In this document: positions 41,006 through 41,799 of the stretch, one piece after another
Numbering within the stretch: position 1 is the first letter of the stretch
How the letters are laid out: every line of letters starts with the position of its first letter
Assembly: GCA_016195185.1 (NCBI GenBank)
Contig: JACQAA010000013.1
Location: 1 to 41,799, forward strand
Origin: Pseudomonadota bacterium
GTDB taxonomy: Bacteria > Pseudomonadota > Alphaproteobacteria > Micavibrionales > UBA2020
Direction: 5' to 3'
Length of the DNA: 41,799 nt
Program-made: the position numbers and the translations under genes
Notes under the pieces: generated by a model
Told to the model about the DNA's origin: nothing
What the model saw: the letters and a program-made list of their open reading frames with translations, nothing else
Database searches by the model: none

Positions 41006-41799
41006 TTAAATATGTATTGCCCGGCCGCCCACCGCCAGCGCTGCTTCTTTTACCGTTTCATTGAGTGTCGGGTGAGCATGGCAGGTGCGGGCGATATCTT
41101 CGGATGACGCGCCAAATTCCATGGCCAGCGCAATTTCGGCGATCAGTGTTCCCGCTTCCGCGCCGATGATATGGCAGCCGAGGACGCGGTCGGTTTTGGC
41201 ATCGGCGAGGATTTTGACAAAGCCGTCTGTTGCCGCTATGGCGCGGGCGCGGCCGTTGGCCATATAGGGGAATTTCCCGACTTTGCATGCAATACCTTTT
41301 TCTTTCAGTTGTTCCTCCGTAGCGCCGATGCTGGCGACCTCAGGGAAAGTATAAACCACGTTCGGGATGGCATCGTAGTTGATATGACCGGATTGTCCGG
41401 CGATGATTTCGGCGACCACAATGCCCTCATCTTCGGCTTTGTGGGCCAGCATGGCGCCGCGCACTACATCGCCGATGGCATAGATGCCCTCCACATTGGT
41501 CTGGAAATGATCATTAATGTCAATGCGTCCGCGATTGTCGACTTTTATCCCTGCTTTTTCGAGTCCGAGCCCTGTCGTATAGGGACGGCGTCCGATGGAT
41601 AGCAAGACCGTTTCAACTTCAAGCTTTTCAGCAGGGCCATCTGCTGCCGCTTCCAGTGTCAACGTCACTTTTCCTTTGGAGGTCCGCGCACTGGTTACCT
41701 TGGTGGAGAGTTTAAACTCCATCCCTTGTTTGGTCAGGATTTTTTTCATTTCCTTTGACACTTCCATATCCATACCGGGCATCAGGCGATCCATAAATT
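41006..41799 (-). CDS. lpdA: Dihydrolipoamide dehydrogenase (5' part outside the window)
   Basis: [37 protein letters not shown]; frame is open to the window edge. Confidence 0.96.
   Translation of the reverse strand, partial: FMDRLMPGMDMEVSKEMKKILTKQGMEFKLSTKVTSARTSKGKVTLTLEAAADGPAEKLEVETVLLSIGRRPYTTGLGLEKAGIKVDNRGRIDINDHFQTNVEGIYAIGDVVRGAMLAHKAEDEGIVVAEIIAGQSGHINYDAIPNVVYTFPEVASIGATEEQLKEKGIACKVGKFPYMANGRARAIAATDGFVKILADAKTDRVLGCHIIGAEAGTLIAEIALAMEFGASSEDIARTCHAHPTLNETVKEAALAVGGRAIHI

Noticed and set aside
1-41799. tRNA, rRNA, CRISPR arrays, prophage or defence systems
   Set aside because: Intergenic gaps are all short (about 200 nt or less); I saw no cloverleaf, repeat-spacer periodicity or relevant protein motifs by eye

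Overview
Chromosomal segment of a flagellated, moderately GC-rich alphaproteobacterium. The gene orders secY-adk-rpsM-rpsK-rpoA-rplQ and flgB-flgC-fliE-fliQ..fliR-flhB-cckA are typical of Alphaproteobacteria; a Micavibrio-like lineage is only my guess. 1-17.9 kb is the str/S10/spc/alpha ribosomal superoperon (fusA partial to rplQ). 17.9-25 kb holds an ABC-2 transporter pair, an orphan resembling a degenerate RelA/SpoT HD domain, a BioC/NDUFAF5-like methyltransferase, an 883-aa methyltransferase with two NUDIX-like domains, and comF. 25-34.1 kb is a flagellar export/basal-body cluster plus cckA, with an M23 peptidase/GNAT pair inserted between fliQ and fliR. 34.1-41.8 kb is hutF/I/G/H/U and the 3' part of lpdA. 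Two things stand out. (i) Five clean internal deletions (rpsS, fliE, cckA twice, hutF) in otherwise intact genes are most likely collapsed assembly gaps. (ii) Several orphan, enzyme-derived proteins, some apparently pseudoenzymes, sit at normally conserved gene junctions and share Pro/Lys/Arg-rich C-terminal tails; they are a candidate effector or nucleotide-sensing set. All family calls are by eye from motifs; no searches were run. I saw no rRNA, tRNA, CRISPR array or mobile element.
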